The notes under the pieces: generated by a model
Told to the model about the DNA's origin: nothing
The model's input: the letters and a program-made list of their open reading frames with translations, nothing else
Databases searched by the model: none
Source: a virus
Length of the DNA stretch: 55,001 nucleotides
Direction: 5' to 3' (one strand)
Virus record (IMG/VR): IMGVR_UViG_3300045015_000042
Program-made: the position numbers and the translations under genes
In this document: one piece after another, positions 18,691 to 27,799 of the stretch
How the letters are laid out: each line of letters opens with the position of its first letter
Numbering within the stretch: the first letter of the stretch is position 1

Positions 18691-19797
18691 ATGATCAGAA
18701 AGATGTGCGGGCTGGCGCTGGCCTTTACTTTGCTGTTCGCCAGCAACGCTTATGCCGGCCCGCCCAAGTCCAGCAGTGGCAGTTCGAGTCGCCCCAGTTT
18801 CAGTGGCGGGAGTAGTAAGCCCGCGTTTTCGGGCGGCAGCAGTAGCGCTCCGAAGTTTAGCGGAGGAAGCAGTGCCGCTCCCTCCAGCACCCCGAAGTTC
18901 AGTGGCGGGAGCAACCCTCCCACCAGTACGGCGAAACCGCCGGCAACGAGTCGTCCGAGTTTCAGCGGCGGGTCGAATCCGCCGACAGGTGTCGCAAAGG
19001 GCAGTGCGACAGACAAGCCGGTTTTTGGAGGCGGGTCTACCTCACCTCCAAACAAGACGGTGACGACGACACCGATTCAAGGTCGTCAGCCGACCACCGT
19101 GAGCAAGAAACCGGCGGCTGAAACGTTCGACAAGTTGTCGGGAACCGAAGCCCGAAAGACCGAGAGCCGAAAGTCCTACGAGAAGTCCGAAGCACCTGCG
19201 GCGTCGTACAAAACGCCTGCCGGTAAAGACGTGCCGATTGCCAAAAACGATAAGTCTGCCGACTATCTGCGCGGCCGGCTGGACGAGTCGCGATGGCAGA
19301 ACCGCTCGCAGCGGACGGATACCTTCTACGGGTCGTACTACAGCCGCTACCCGTCAACGGTGATCGTCCACTACAACGACTCCTACCACCCGTACTGGAA
19401 TTACTGGTTGGCGAGTCAAACCATCGACGTGATGTCCCTCTGGGTGTACCACCACCAGATGTCGATGGACCAAGCTCGACTCAACGCCATGTACGCCCAG
19501 AACGCCGACCTTCGCGCAAGGGTAGCCGCCCTCGAACGGCAAGGGATTCCGAGAGACGTGACGTACACCCCGCGAGGGGTTGACGCCGACATGATGTACG
19601 ATGACGGGTACGTCAACGCCTGCTGGAACCCCCGGCCGAAACAGGTTGACTACTACGAGTACGACGATCCGCCGACGCACCATTCGTCGGGCGGCGGAAA
19701 TGTAGGAAAAGCCTTGCTCTGGATTTTCGTCTACATTCCGCTGATCATTATCGGGCTGGTTGGTCTATACTGGCTCGTGTTCCACTACCGCTGGTAA
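18691..19797 (+). CDS. Secreted or anchored repeat protein (368 aa). It has a signal peptide (MIRKMCGLALAFTLLFASNAYAG), about 7 repeats of (K/R)P(S/A)FSGGS(S/N), a disordered middle, and a C-terminal transmembrane helix.
   Basis: Track ORF, read directly. Confidence 0.65.
   Translation: MIRKMCGLALAFTLLFASNAYAGPPKSSSGSSSRPSFSGGSSKPAFSGGSSSAPKFSGGSSAAPSSTPKFSGGSNPPTSTAKPPATSRPSFSGGSNPPTGVAKGSATDKPVFGGGSTSPPNKTVTTTPIQGRQPTTVSKKPAAETFDKLSGTEARKTESRKSYEKSEAPAASYKTPAGKDVPIAKNDKSADYLRGRLDESRWQNRSQRTDTFYGSYYSRYPSTVIVHYNDSYHPYWNYWLASQTIDVMSLWVYHHQMSMDQARLNAMYAQNADLRARVAALERQGIPRDVTYTPRGVDADMMYDDGYVNACWNPRPKQVDYYEYDDPPTHHSSGGGNVGKALLWIFVYIPLIIIGLVGLYWLVFHYRW
19763..19772 (+). promoter_or_regulatory. 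GTCTATACTG motif inside the 3' end of the previous gene, ~75 nt upstream of ATG 19844.
   Basis: Exact family consensus (TTGGTCTATACTGGCTCG, against TTGTCTATACTGGCTTCG at 9026). Confidence 0.4.
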
Positions 19798-19843
19798 CCG
19801 AAACCCCTAACCCTGTGTCGAACCCAAAGACTGGAGCCTGACC

Positions 19844-20155
19844 ATGACCCCGCTTCTCGCTACCGCCGAAACCGTCGCCGAAAACGCGAGCTTCTTTCCG
19901 CCGGACTTCTGGCCGCACGTCGTGATGGCACTGATCGCCGTCGTCTTCGCCGCCGCCCTGTTCTACCCGTTCTGGCGGTGGATCGACAAGCTCACGCCCG
20001 GCGATCTCAACAAGGAACTACTCGGCACCGCCGACGTGCGTGACGCCAACAACAACATCGTCACCCACGGCAAGCAACCCAACGTCGCGCTCGCCATCGT
20101 CGTCGCCGCCCTCGTACTCGGCTTCTTCCAAGTGATCGCGGCGGCGGTACGGTAA
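19844..20155 (+). CDS. Small membrane protein (103 aa, 2 transmembrane helices).
   Basis: Track ORF. GGAG Shine-Dalgarno. Confidence 0.55.
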   Translation: MTPLLATAETVAENASFFPPDFWPHVVMALIAVVFAAALFYPFWRWIDKLTPGDLNKELLGTADVRDANNNIVTHGKQPNVALAIVVAALVLGFFQVIAAAVR

Positions 20156-20166
20156 ACGCAACCCCT

Positions 20167-20195
20167 GTGCCGGGCGAGACTTAACCGCCCGGCAC
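20167..20195 (+). terminator. Hairpin (GTGCCGGGCG/CGCCCGGCAC) after gene 19844..20155. No clear U-run.
   Basis: 10-bp perfect stem. Confidence 0.35.
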
Positions 20196-20248
20196 GAATT
20201 GCCAAAATTCTCAAACGGTGCAGACGAAACACTTTCGGAGGGTCTACA

Positions 20249-20929
20249 ATGGCCGATAAGAAGCGAACACTGGCGGATCGGATCTTGGGTCGGAACCAGT
20301 TCGTTCCGAACGAAGAGAAGGTCCACAACCCGTTCAAGGTGAAGATCGGTGCCAACTTCCATCTGGATACACTGAAGTTCCGAGGCGTGTTCTACAACCT
20401 GAAAGAACTGCACGTTCTGGATCGCGGGACCGGCGTGCTGATGGCCGACTACGTTGTCGAGGCGGGCGTCTCGACGGCTGGCAAGGCGATCCCCGACGAG
20501 AACAAGTCGCTGATCCTTCGGGCTGTGCCGCGTGACGGCGACACCGGCAAGAACAAGATCGACTTCCGCATCGTGGCACTCACCAAGTATTTCGAGTGCG
20601 CGTGGGACGACGAATCGCGTCCGGGGCTGATGGAAGGCGTCAACGATCCGGGCGGCATCTTCGCGATCAATGCCGGGACGGAAGACGAGAAGAAATACTG
20701 GCGTCTTCAGGGTTTGAAGACCGCCGAACACGTCAACGTGACCGTCGTCAAGGATTCCGAAAGCGACGTGGGCCTGAAACGAATCGATCTCTGGGGCTTC
20801 TCGCGGACCACGCAGGATGAAGCCAAACAGGAAGTCAACGAATACCTCTACGTCCAGAAGGACAGCGCCAGCGGCTGGCTTGAGGTGTTCGTCGGGCGGG
20901 AGATTCCGCCCGAAAGGATCAACGTCTGA
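20249..20929 (+). CDS. Hypothetical protein, 226 aa.
   Basis: Track ORF. Confidence 0.6.
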   Translation: MADKKRTLADRILGRNQFVPNEEKVHNPFKVKIGANFHLDTLKFRGVFYNLKELHVLDRGTGVLMADYVVEAGVSTAGKAIPDENKSLILRAVPRDGDTGKNKIDFRIVALTKYFECAWDDESRPGLMEGVNDPGGIFAINAGTEDEKKYWRLQGLKTAEHVNVTVVKDSESDVGLKRIDLWGFSRTTQDEAKQEVNEYLYVQKDSASGWLEVFVGREIPPERINV

Positions 20930-20988
20930 TTCCGCTGCGGTCCCTTAACCCCTAACTGTTTCGCAAAACACAAACAAGGATTCTGACC

Positions 20989-21774
20989 ATGAACACGTTC
21001 CTCATCATCCTCGCGATCCTCGGCGGTGCGGTTCTGCTCGTCTTGGGCGCGAAGAACGTCAAGAAGCTCTGGTTCAACGCCAGATCGTCGGCGTCGGCCG
21101 GCGTCAAGAACATCGACAAGGCCAACGCGGTCAACAACATGAAGCAAGCGGTCGATGACGCGAAGGGCGAGATCTCCGGGTACGTCTCGAAGCTCAACGA
21201 GAGTCAGGGCCAGATCAACAGCCTGACCCGCGAGAGCAACGAGGCGAACAGCGAAGTGAACGTGCTGACCGCGCAGGTGAACGAGCGGGCGCGTGAGGTG
21301 AACGGCAACACCGACGACCCGGTACTGCTCGATCTCGCCGAGCAGTTGAGTACCGCTCAGGCCCGCGCCGCCGACGCGACGAAGGAACTTGGCGAACAAA
21401 CGACCCTGCACAACAGCGTGCTGACGCAGGTCAAGGAAGCGGTCAAGCGTGCGGACGATCTGGAGAAGGAAGCCGACCGCCTCGGCGTGAAGCTGGACCT
21501 TTCGGCGACCCGCGCGGAACTGGCGAGCGTCGGCATCAACTTCCAGAAGTCCTCGGCTCACAGTAGCCTCGCGGCGGCATCGGGGTACGCGGAAGAGATC
21601 CAGAAGCAGATCGACACCAACAACGGTGCGGTCGAAGTGGCGAAGCAACTGAACCAGACCAGTGCGTCGTCGGCCGCGACCGCCGAGTGGAAGGCCAAGC
21701 AGTCGGCGAAGGCCACCCTCGCGAACCTCGGCATCGGCACCACCAAGCCGGCCGACACCGCCCCACAAGGCTGA
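20989..21774 (+). CDS. N-terminally membrane-anchored coiled-coil protein (261 aa). Loose PspA/IM30-like heptad pattern.
   Basis: Transmembrane helix MNTFLIILAILGGAVLLVLGA, then a ~220-aa coiled coil. Confidence 0.45.
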   Translation: MNTFLIILAILGGAVLLVLGAKNVKKLWFNARSSASAGVKNIDKANAVNNMKQAVDDAKGEISGYVSKLNESQGQINSLTRESNEANSEVNVLTAQVNERAREVNGNTDDPVLLDLAEQLSTAQARAADATKELGEQTTLHNSVLTQVKEAVKRADDLEKEADRLGVKLDLSATRAELASVGINFQKSSAHSSLAAASGYAEEIQKQIDTNNGAVEVAKQLNQTSASSAATAEWKAKQSAKATLANLGIGTTKPADTAPQG

Positions 21775-21793
21775 TCCCTCTCCTCAGCCGGAA

Positions 21794-21829
21794 GGCCCAG
21801 GTCGAATTCGACCTGGGCCTTTTTGTTTT
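21794..21829 (+). terminator. Rho-independent terminator (GGCCCAGGTCGAA/TTCGACCTGGGCC then TTTTTGTTTT).
   Basis: 13-bp perfect stem plus T-run. Confidence 0.8.
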
Positions 21830-21836
21830 GCCTTGC

Positions 21837-21865
21837 TTTACAAGTGGCTCTGGCCGATCTATAAC
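21837..21865 (+). promoter_or_regulatory. Promoter TTTACA-N17-TATAAC (its -10 is part of the CTATA motif family) for gene 21898.
   Basis: 17-nt spacer directly after the terminator. Confidence 0.45.
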
Positions 21866-21897
21866 TGTCCCTGACACCAAACACAAAGGTACAACCA

Positions 21898-22176
21898 ATG
21901 ACCGCGTTCCCGTTCAAGCCAGATGCCCCCAACGTTGAAGTGATCGGCATCGGAGTGGCGCAGAAGCTCGAACCCCCGCAACTACTGGAAGAAGCCCTCA
22001 AGGTTTGCAACGAGCTACAGAGCGTCCACAAAGCTCAGAAACCGATCCTCAGACACTTCGTACACCTCGGCCATCACGATCTGGTCGGCACCGTGATCGA
22101 ACGCGCCGGGGTGTTTACCATCTTCATCGGCCTCGGCCTCGAAGTTATCTCGGCCACTCAGGGCATCCACAAGTGA
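21898..22176 (+). CDS. Hypothetical protein, 92 aa.
   Basis: Track ORF. Confidence 0.5.
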   Translation: MTAFPFKPDAPNVEVIGIGVAQKLEPPQLLEEALKVCNELQSVHKAQKPILRHFVHLGHHDLVGTVIERAGVFTIFIGLGLEVISATQGIHK

Positions 22177-22178
22177 GC

Positions 22179-23195
22179 ATGTTCAAGGTGCCGGACGGCA
22201 AGATGTTCATTCTGCCGCCGCTCGCCACACCAGCGAAGCAAGGACCGTTCTTCGTCGCCCGGAAGAACGGCTCCGCGATGTTCAACCCGACCAAGAAGAA
22301 CGTCTGTGGTTGTCCGATCTGTGAATTCGAGAAAGACCAGCGTGCCATGTCCAAGCCCACACTGACGCCTCTGGTGCTTCCTTCCGTCGCTGCCGGCAAA
22401 GGACTCGACCACCTCAACAAGAGGGGCTGCTGCAAGTATTGGCCCAACCTGACGGACGAAGCACTCGTCCGTCACGGCAACGAGTGCTTCTACTGCACCG
22501 CCAACCCCGAAGTCGGCCTCGACATCTGGCACCTCGACTACGCGACCCGTACCGTTGTGCTGAAAGAGGTCGTGGTCGTCTGCAAGTGGTGCTACCGCGC
22601 CGTCAACATCGCCGAGTCCGAAGAGAGCGATTACTTCCAAGAGGTCGTTCACCACATCGGCACCGTTCGCGGCATTAAGAAACAAGAAGTCGGGGAACTG
22701 ATTCGCGCCGCCTACGAAAACTGGGAGGTGGCGACACAAGGCCAGTGGGAACTCAGTTACGGCGACTTCGCCCACTTCATCCACGAGCCGGGGAAGCTTC
22801 CCGATGTTTCCGTCTTCGATAAGCTCCCGAAGCTCAAGGACCACGAAAGAAAGCCGTCCCAGACGAATCACGTCAAGTTTTTGCTCGTGAAACGTGACGC
22901 GAATAAAACATTGGGGAAGGGTCCGTGTCCGGTCTTCATTCTCAGCGGCAACATGCAGGAGGTCGATCAGATCTGGTCATGTGCTGCCCACATGACTAAA
23001 AACGGTCACCTCGCGGCCGAGGCGTTCGCGTCTACAATGAGAGAGTCCGAGGTCAAACCCATCTTGTCCGCAACCGGGTTTGTTGGTATTGTGCTGGACA
23101 AAACGGACTCCAAGTACGAAATCGAGAAGACGCTCCAAGTCCTGTTCGGGAGTGTCGCAAAGTCGATTCAGTTCACCGAAGGTAAAGTGAAATGA
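22179..23195 (+). CDS. Cys-rich protein (~338 aa). It has CxxC pairs and a CFYC...WHLD...CKWC...N segment with HNH-like spacing.
   Basis: ATG in frame within track ORF 22005..23195, 3 nt after the previous stop. Confidence 0.5.
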   Translation: MFKVPDGKMFILPPLATPAKQGPFFVARKNGSAMFNPTKKNVCGCPICEFEKDQRAMSKPTLTPLVLPSVAAGKGLDHLNKRGCCKYWPNLTDEALVRHGNECFYCTANPEVGLDIWHLDYATRTVVLKEVVVVCKWCYRAVNIAESEESDYFQEVVHHIGTVRGIKKQEVGELIRAAYENWEVATQGQWELSYGDFAHFIHEPGKLPDVSVFDKLPKLKDHERKPSQTNHVKFLLVKRDANKTLGKGPCPVFILSGNMQEVDQIWSCAAHMTKNGHLAAEAFASTMRESEVKPILSATGFVGIVLDKTDSKYEIEKTLQVLFGSVAKSIQFTEGKVK

Positions 23196-23722
23196 AGATC
23201 ACGAAGTTCCGCGACATCCCGCAGTTCGTGCGGCACGGCTCTTACGAGGTCGATGTCTCGCCGGAAAGCCTGATCAGCACCATCAACGACTTCGTTGAAC
23301 AAGGTCTGGATTTGGACCCCGACTTCCAGAGGGGACACGTCTGGTCCGACAAGCAGCGGGTCGCGTTCGTTGAGTTCTTCTTGCGCGGCGGCAAGACCGG
23401 CCGCGTCATTTACCTCAACAACCCGAACTGGCACTTCAACAACGAGAAGGGCTACAACGATTTCGTCATCGTTGACGGCAAGCAACGGGTCGAAGCGTTC
23501 CGCAAGTTCATCAACAATGAGATCAAGGCGTTCGGCTCCTACTACCGCGAGTACACCGACAGCATCCGCCTCGTCAACACGATGAAGATCAACGTCAACG
23601 ATCTGCGGACGCGGGCCGACGTTCTCCAGTGGTACATTGACTTCAACGCGGGCGGCGTGGTACACTCGGACAAAGAAATCAGCCGCGTTCGGCGGCTACT
23701 CAAAAAGGAAACGTCAAAATGA
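23192..23722 (+). CDS. ParB/sulfiredoxin-like DUF262-type domain protein (176 aa; DPDFQRGHVW ... VIVDGKQRVEAF, a DGQQR variant).
   Basis: Motif pair characteristic of DUF262/GmrSD N-terminal domains. Confidence 0.5.
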   Translation: MKITKFRDIPQFVRHGSYEVDVSPESLISTINDFVEQGLDLDPDFQRGHVWSDKQRVAFVEFFLRGGKTGRVIYLNNPNWHFNNEKGYNDFVIVDGKQRVEAFRKFINNEIKAFGSYYREYTDSIRLVNTMKINVNDLRTRADVLQWYIDFNAGGVVHSDKEISRVRRLLKKETSK

Positions 23723-24054
23723 TCGTCGTCACCCAGAACTGCGTTAACCCGGACTTCAAACCGCTCGGCATGGTCGTCATCTCGCACGACTTCGAGACAA
23801 CGGCGGCTACCATCCGCGCCGTCAAAGACATGATGGAGCTTCTCAAGAAAGAAGCTCCACAAGGCACAACGCACTTGTTCAACTTCCGGTGCGAATTCCA
23901 GCCCGGATTGAGTTCGTTCGCCCAAGCCGACGCCTATAACGACGGCAAGACCCCGTTCCGGCCCCGTGGTCAGAAGCCCGAAGAACCCAAACCCCAAGAC
24001 GGAGTTTCCAATGTCAATGCCCCCCTTCAAGGTTCCCCACACCACTACGGATGA
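23719..24054 (+). CDS. Hypothetical protein, 111 aa.
   Basis: Track ORF. ATGA overlap. Confidence 0.5.
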   Translation: MIVVTQNCVNPDFKPLGMVVISHDFETTAATIRAVKDMMELLKKEAPQGTTHLFNFRCEFQPGLSSFAQADAYNDGKTPFRPRGQKPEEPKPQDGVSNVNAPLQGSPHHYG

Positions 24055-24607
24055 ACAGGTAACGGAACTAGCCAAGAAGTTCCTACCGATCAGACTCAAG
24101 GGGAACAAAGCGTTCCTGTTGGAACACAAGGCCGACCTGTTCAACCAGTCGTACACATGGGACGCCAAAGAGAAACCGTACAAGGGCGACCTTTACGTTC
24201 TCGACCGACTGTGGACGGTTCACACCTTCGGCTATCAGGGCTTCTTCAAGCCGTCCATCGCTGAAGTCATTCAACAGATTCCACGATGCTACGACAAACT
24301 GAAGGTGCTGTACTTCGAGATCATCGCGCCGGAAGACGCCAGCGACCTCAACCTGTGGATCGAACACATCCACGCGGGCGTCCACGTCGCGAAGACCAAC
24401 CTGTACGTCCCCGAACCGTCGTCGCAGCTTATGGCGGGGTACTGGCACGAGAACCGCGACATGCTCCACATGCACGGCGCGAACGACATGACCCCCGCAC
24501 AGTTCGCCATCGAATGGATCGAACGGCTCCGGGCCGAAGACCGTCTCGAAGTTCTGGACGCGATGACGGTTTACGACCCGAAGACCGGCCAGCCCAAGAA
24601 GGCTTGA
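24011..24607 (+). CDS. Hypothetical protein (~198 aa, start MSMPPFKV).
   Basis: In-frame ATG with a GGAG Shine-Dalgarno inside track ORF 23966..24607. Confidence 0.5.
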   Translation: MSMPPFKVPHTTTDEQVTELAKKFLPIRLKGNKAFLLEHKADLFNQSYTWDAKEKPYKGDLYVLDRLWTVHTFGYQGFFKPSIAEVIQQIPRCYDKLKVLYFEIIAPEDASDLNLWIEHIHAGVHVAKTNLYVPEPSSQLMAGYWHENRDMLHMHGANDMTPAQFAIEWIERLRAEDRLEVLDAMTVYDPKTGQPKKA

Positions 24608-24632
24608 CGCAGATAAAGAAAAGCGGTAGTAT
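24604..24632 (+). promoter_or_regulatory. Promoter TTGACG-N17-TAGTAT for gene 24667.
   Basis: 17-nt spacer. AAGGAAAA Shine-Dalgarno downstream. Confidence 0.45.
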
Positions 24633-24666
24633 CTTGCTGTCGATACACCCCTTTCAAGGAAAAGCC

Positions 24667-25041
24667 ATGAACAAGACGACGTGGGCAGTGGTCGCGATCC
24701 TTCTGTGTTCGGTCGGCTACAACCTGTACCAGCGGCACCAGAACGACCGGCTGCAACAGGCGGTCCTGCTGATCGACCAGAAGGACAAGCTGCAACAGCA
24801 GCAGATGAACGACTTCACCATGACGATGTACCAGCGGCAGACCGAGAACACTCTCGAACTCGCGCGGCAGAACGGCAAGATCGAAGGCATGCTCGCGGTG
24901 ATCACCGGCCAGAAGCCGAACGAGTACGAGGGCAACCAACTCTGGCATGCCGGGTACTACCGTGGGTTGGATCAGGCCAAAGACATGAAGACGGGTTCGC
25001 CGCCGGAAGACACGATCAAGGTGAACAAGAAAGACAAGTGA
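24667..25041 (+). CDS. Small protein with an N-terminal signal/transmembrane segment (124 aa).
   Basis: ATG with an AAGGAAAAGCC Shine-Dalgarno. Confidence 0.55.
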   Translation: MNKTTWAVVAILLCSVGYNLYQRHQNDRLQQAVLLIDQKDKLQQQQMNDFTMTMYQRQTENTLELARQNGKIEGMLAVITGQKPNEYEGNQLWHAGYYRGLDQAKDMKTGSPPEDTIKVNKKDK

Positions 25042-25175
25042 AGCCCCTAGTCCCATTTCGCTGGCGTGGGATGTTGTCCCGAAAAGCGGTTTAACCGACG
25101 AAGTAGGGCATCGTTGGCACTTTGGGGAAGTCAGCGGGCGGCAGGCGGTGCCGTAGCGGGTGCGCACCCGTCCGT

Positions 25176-25217
25176 AATGCCAGCAGGCGACTTCGGTTGG
25201 CCTGCTGGCATTTTCTT
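25176..25217 (+). terminator. Terminator hairpin (AATGCCAGCAGGC...GCCTGCTGGCATT then TTTCTTT).
   Basis: 13-bp stem plus U-rich tail. A small CGGGTGCGCACCCG palindrome lies just upstream. Confidence 0.55.
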
Positions 25218-25232
25218 TAACCGGAGACACAA

Positions 25233-25751
25233 ATGGGAACAGAGTTCGTCCCCGAAGGCTGCGACTTCCAAACGGCCGAAGCCGTCAACATCGAAAGCTG
25301 CACCCTCCTCGGCTTCAACAACTGCTTCTCGGTCAGGCTCGCGGACGGCAGCTACGCCGATGTCGTGAACTTCTACCACGAAGACATCGAAGACCTTCTC
25401 GAAAAGAAGGAAATCACTTGGCCGATCCAAGTCGCGGTCCTCGGCCCGAAGACCGTCGCTTTCAACGATCCGCGACTGCCGCACGGCAAATATCGCAAGG
25501 ATTTCTGTACGGTCTGCTGCCCGGTCGAACTCCTGCCGACTCCGCAACGCCTCCAGATCGCTCGCGAGATTCAGTGCGGGAAGACCAAGTACACCCGGCA
25601 CGAAGGCGGCATGGTAATCATCAGCCACAACCACCGTTGTGAAGGTGCGCCGAAGCTGACGAATTGGAAGGTCGAGATCAACCCGAATCCGACCGTCGTC
25701 TACTGTCTGGACGAAGCCGCCCTCAAAGCCTTTGACGGAGACAAGAAATGA
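25233..25751 (+). CDS. Hypothetical Cys-containing protein, 172 aa.
   Basis: Track ORF. Confidence 0.55.
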   Translation: MGTEFVPEGCDFQTAEAVNIESCTLLGFNNCFSVRLADGSYADVVNFYHEDIEDLLEKKEITWPIQVAVLGPKTVAFNDPRLPHGKYRKDFCTVCCPVELLPTPQRLQIAREIQCGKTKYTRHEGGMVIISHNHRCEGAPKLTNWKVEINPNPTVVYCLDEAALKAFDGDKK

Positions 25752-26935
25752 ACTGGCTCGGCTGGCTCGGTGCAATCCTCGGCGTCCTCGCGAGCGTGTG
25801 GGTGCTGTTCCGCTACGCCGGATCAATAACGATCCGTCTCGACGCCCGCACGTTCAAGACGCTGTACGAGATCTCCAAACGACCGGGCCACCGGAAGTTC
25901 ATCATCAGCGAAGAGTTCATCACCGAAGCTAAGTACCCCGTCGAGTTCCGCGCCCTCTGCTTCTTCGAGGGCTGCCCGTGGTTCTACCTCAACCACGGCG
26001 AACGGTTGCTGACGGCGGGGTGGCACGGCAAGGACAGCGTGACGCATCTGACCTGTTTACGTTGGCGTGCCGCCCGCGTCAAACAGTACCTCGACTTCAA
26101 GATCAAAGAGATCCAGATGAACAGTCTGGGCGTCCCGGCCGAAGTCATCATGCCCAACTACACGGACATGATCGGCCTCATCAAAGGGACGCCCCCGCAG
26201 CCCGCTCTGGACCCGCAACTGTGGGAAGACATCGAGAAGGATGCGGCCGAAGTGTTCTCTGGGAAGAAGCAGAAGAGTGGCGCGTTGATCTACGGCCCGC
26301 CCGGTAACAACAAGACGTTCTTCATCAAGTATCTGGCGACCAAGTACCGGGTGCCGATCAAGATTATCACGTTCACACCGGACTTCAGTAACTTCGATGT
26401 GATGGGGATTTTTAGCCAGATCAGCAGCCGGTGCATCGTACTGTTCGAGGACTTCGACAACTACTTCGACGGCCGGCGGTGCATCCTCGGAACCGAGAAC
26501 CACAGCATCAAGTTCACGTTTGATCAGATTCTCAATGGGCTGGACGGGGTCTACAATACCTACGAGAACTGTTTTTTCGTGATGACCGTTAACGACATAA
26601 CGAAAGTCGATCACGCGCTCAAAAACCGTCCGAGCCGCTTCAAGTTCGTCCGTGAGTTCAAGTGTCCCGATCTGCAAACGCGGATGAAATTGTTGCCGAA
26701 GCAATGGGCCGAGAGCAGTGAGGGGTTGAACCTCGACCAGATCTTCCGGCTCAAAGAGTTCCACGAACAAGGACTGTCTCTGGACGAAGCCAAATCGAAT
26801 CTTGGCCAAGCCGACAGGACCGCAGAAATCGCGAAGATGGCACACCAGCTTTACGAGAAGCGGGTTCGCGAAGGTCTGGCCGGGGATAACGAGGGCGACT
26901 GGTACGAAGCCAAAAGGATACTGGGTGTCACTTAA
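25748..26935 (+). CDS. Membrane-anchored AAA+ ATPase, BCS1-like (395 aa). N-terminal transmembrane helix, Walker A GPPGNNKT, Walker B IVLFEDFD, sensor-2-like ALKNRPSRF.
   Basis: Motifs read directly. ATGA overlap with the previous gene. Confidence 0.65.
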   Translation: MNWLGWLGAILGVLASVWVLFRYAGSITIRLDARTFKTLYEISKRPGHRKFIISEEFITEAKYPVEFRALCFFEGCPWFYLNHGERLLTAGWHGKDSVTHLTCLRWRAARVKQYLDFKIKEIQMNSLGVPAEVIMPNYTDMIGLIKGTPPQPALDPQLWEDIEKDAAEVFSGKKQKSGALIYGPPGNNKTFFIKYLATKYRVPIKIITFTPDFSNFDVMGIFSQISSRCIVLFEDFDNYFDGRRCILGTENHSIKFTFDQILNGLDGVYNTYENCFFVMTVNDITKVDHALKNRPSRFKFVREFKCPDLQTRMKLLPKQWAESSEGLNLDQIFRLKEFHEQGLSLDEAKSNLGQADRTAEIAKMAHQLYEKRVREGLAGDNEGDWYEAKRILGVT

Positions 26936-26964
26936 CCGAGGAGTCAATTTGACCGAGGTGCCAC

Positions 26965-27339
26965 ATGCAGGAGAGATACTGTACCGAAAACGGGAAAGTG
27001 TCTCATACCTCTGAAAACCAAGCACGGCAAGCACTGAGTTCTCTGAAACGCGCTAAGGGGTATAACGGACACGTTTGCGTCTGTGCATTCTGCGGATTCT
27101 TTCACGTCGGACGACTGGGCCGGCGTACCGTTCGCAACAAACTCATGAAGAAGAAGGAGAGGAAGAAACGTGTTAGACTCACTCGATCACGCATTACGAT
27201 CTACATTACCGGCCTTACTGAAGGACCGGAGCAAGTGGGACAGCTTGATTGTCAACCGCCGGAAACCCCACACTTACCGGGTCTTCACGACTCTGGAGAA
27301 TGGGGATCGGATCTGTCTCCACAAGTTCAACCCGTGTGA
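26965..27339 (+). CDS. Small zinc-binding protein, paralog 1 (C..G.xxH.SE..A...L.SL.R....Y.GHV..C..CG..HVGR). Only the first ~65 aa look functional. The ORF lacks a stop and runs 170 nt into the next gene.
   Basis: Aligns residue-by-residue with 27796..27978. GAGGTG Shine-Dalgarno. Confidence 0.4.
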   Translation: MQERYCTENGKVSHTSENQARQALSSLKRAKGYNGHVCVCAFCGFFHVGRLGRRTVRNKLMKKKERKKRVRLTRSRITIYITGLTEGPEQVGQLDCQPPETPHLPGLHDSGEWGSDLSPQVQPV

Positions 27340-27799
27340 CACGCACGAAGCGTTCGCACACCCGCACCCGTGGCCCGGTGCCTTCATCATCCTTCAGGGT
27401 GCCTACCGGATGAAGGTGGGTTTCAGCAAGGATCGCACCGACGAATCGCCCGGACAGGTCGCCGAGTTCATTCTGCGGGAACACTCGGCCTACGAGATCG
27501 TCAACCCGCTGACGTGGCACTCGGTGGTCCCGCTCACCACGACGTACACGGTCATGCTCAACGCCGCCCCGTTCCCGCCCGACGTGGCGCACACGAGCAT
27601 TCGCAGGACCGGCGGTAAAGACCTCGACAAGATGCCAGAAGACGAACTGGTCGATCACCTCCAAGTGTTCGCCAACCTCGTCGGCAAGTTCCAACTGACC
27701 GTGTGTTCGGCGTGCGACGGCAGCGGCGTCGGCTCGCCCGCGCACCCGTGGGGTTCCCCGAAGTGCGGTGAATGCAACGGAACGGGAGAGAGGCTGTGA
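27170..27799 (+). CDS. Cupin-like protein (HKFNPCDTHEAFAHPHPWPGAFIILQG) with a C-terminal DnaJ-type zinc finger (CSACDGSG...CGECNGTG), 209 aa.
   Basis: Two CxxCxGxG repeats. GTG start per the track. Confidence 0.5.
   Translation: MLDSLDHALRSTLPALLKDRSKWDSLIVNRRKPHTYRVFTTLENGDRICLHKFNPCDTHEAFAHPHPWPGAFIILQGAYRMKVGFSKDRTDESPGQVAEFILREHSAYEIVNPLTWHSVVPLTTTYTVMLNAAPFPPDVAHTSIRRTGGKDLDKMPEDELVDHLQVFANLVGKFQLTVCSACDGSGVGSPAHPWGSPKCGECNGTGERL

Noticed and set aside
25042-25232. Possible tRNA or sRNA in the GC-rich hairpin segment between genes 24667 and 25233.
   Set aside because: No acceptor or T-arm pattern. Better explained as a CGGGTGCGCACCCG palindrome plus a terminator hairpin.
26965-27339. 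Programmed frameshift between the small zinc paralogue 1 and the cupin gene.
   Set aside because: No slippery heptamer or downstream structure identified. A sequencing indel or simple overlap is equally likely. Reported only as an anomaly.
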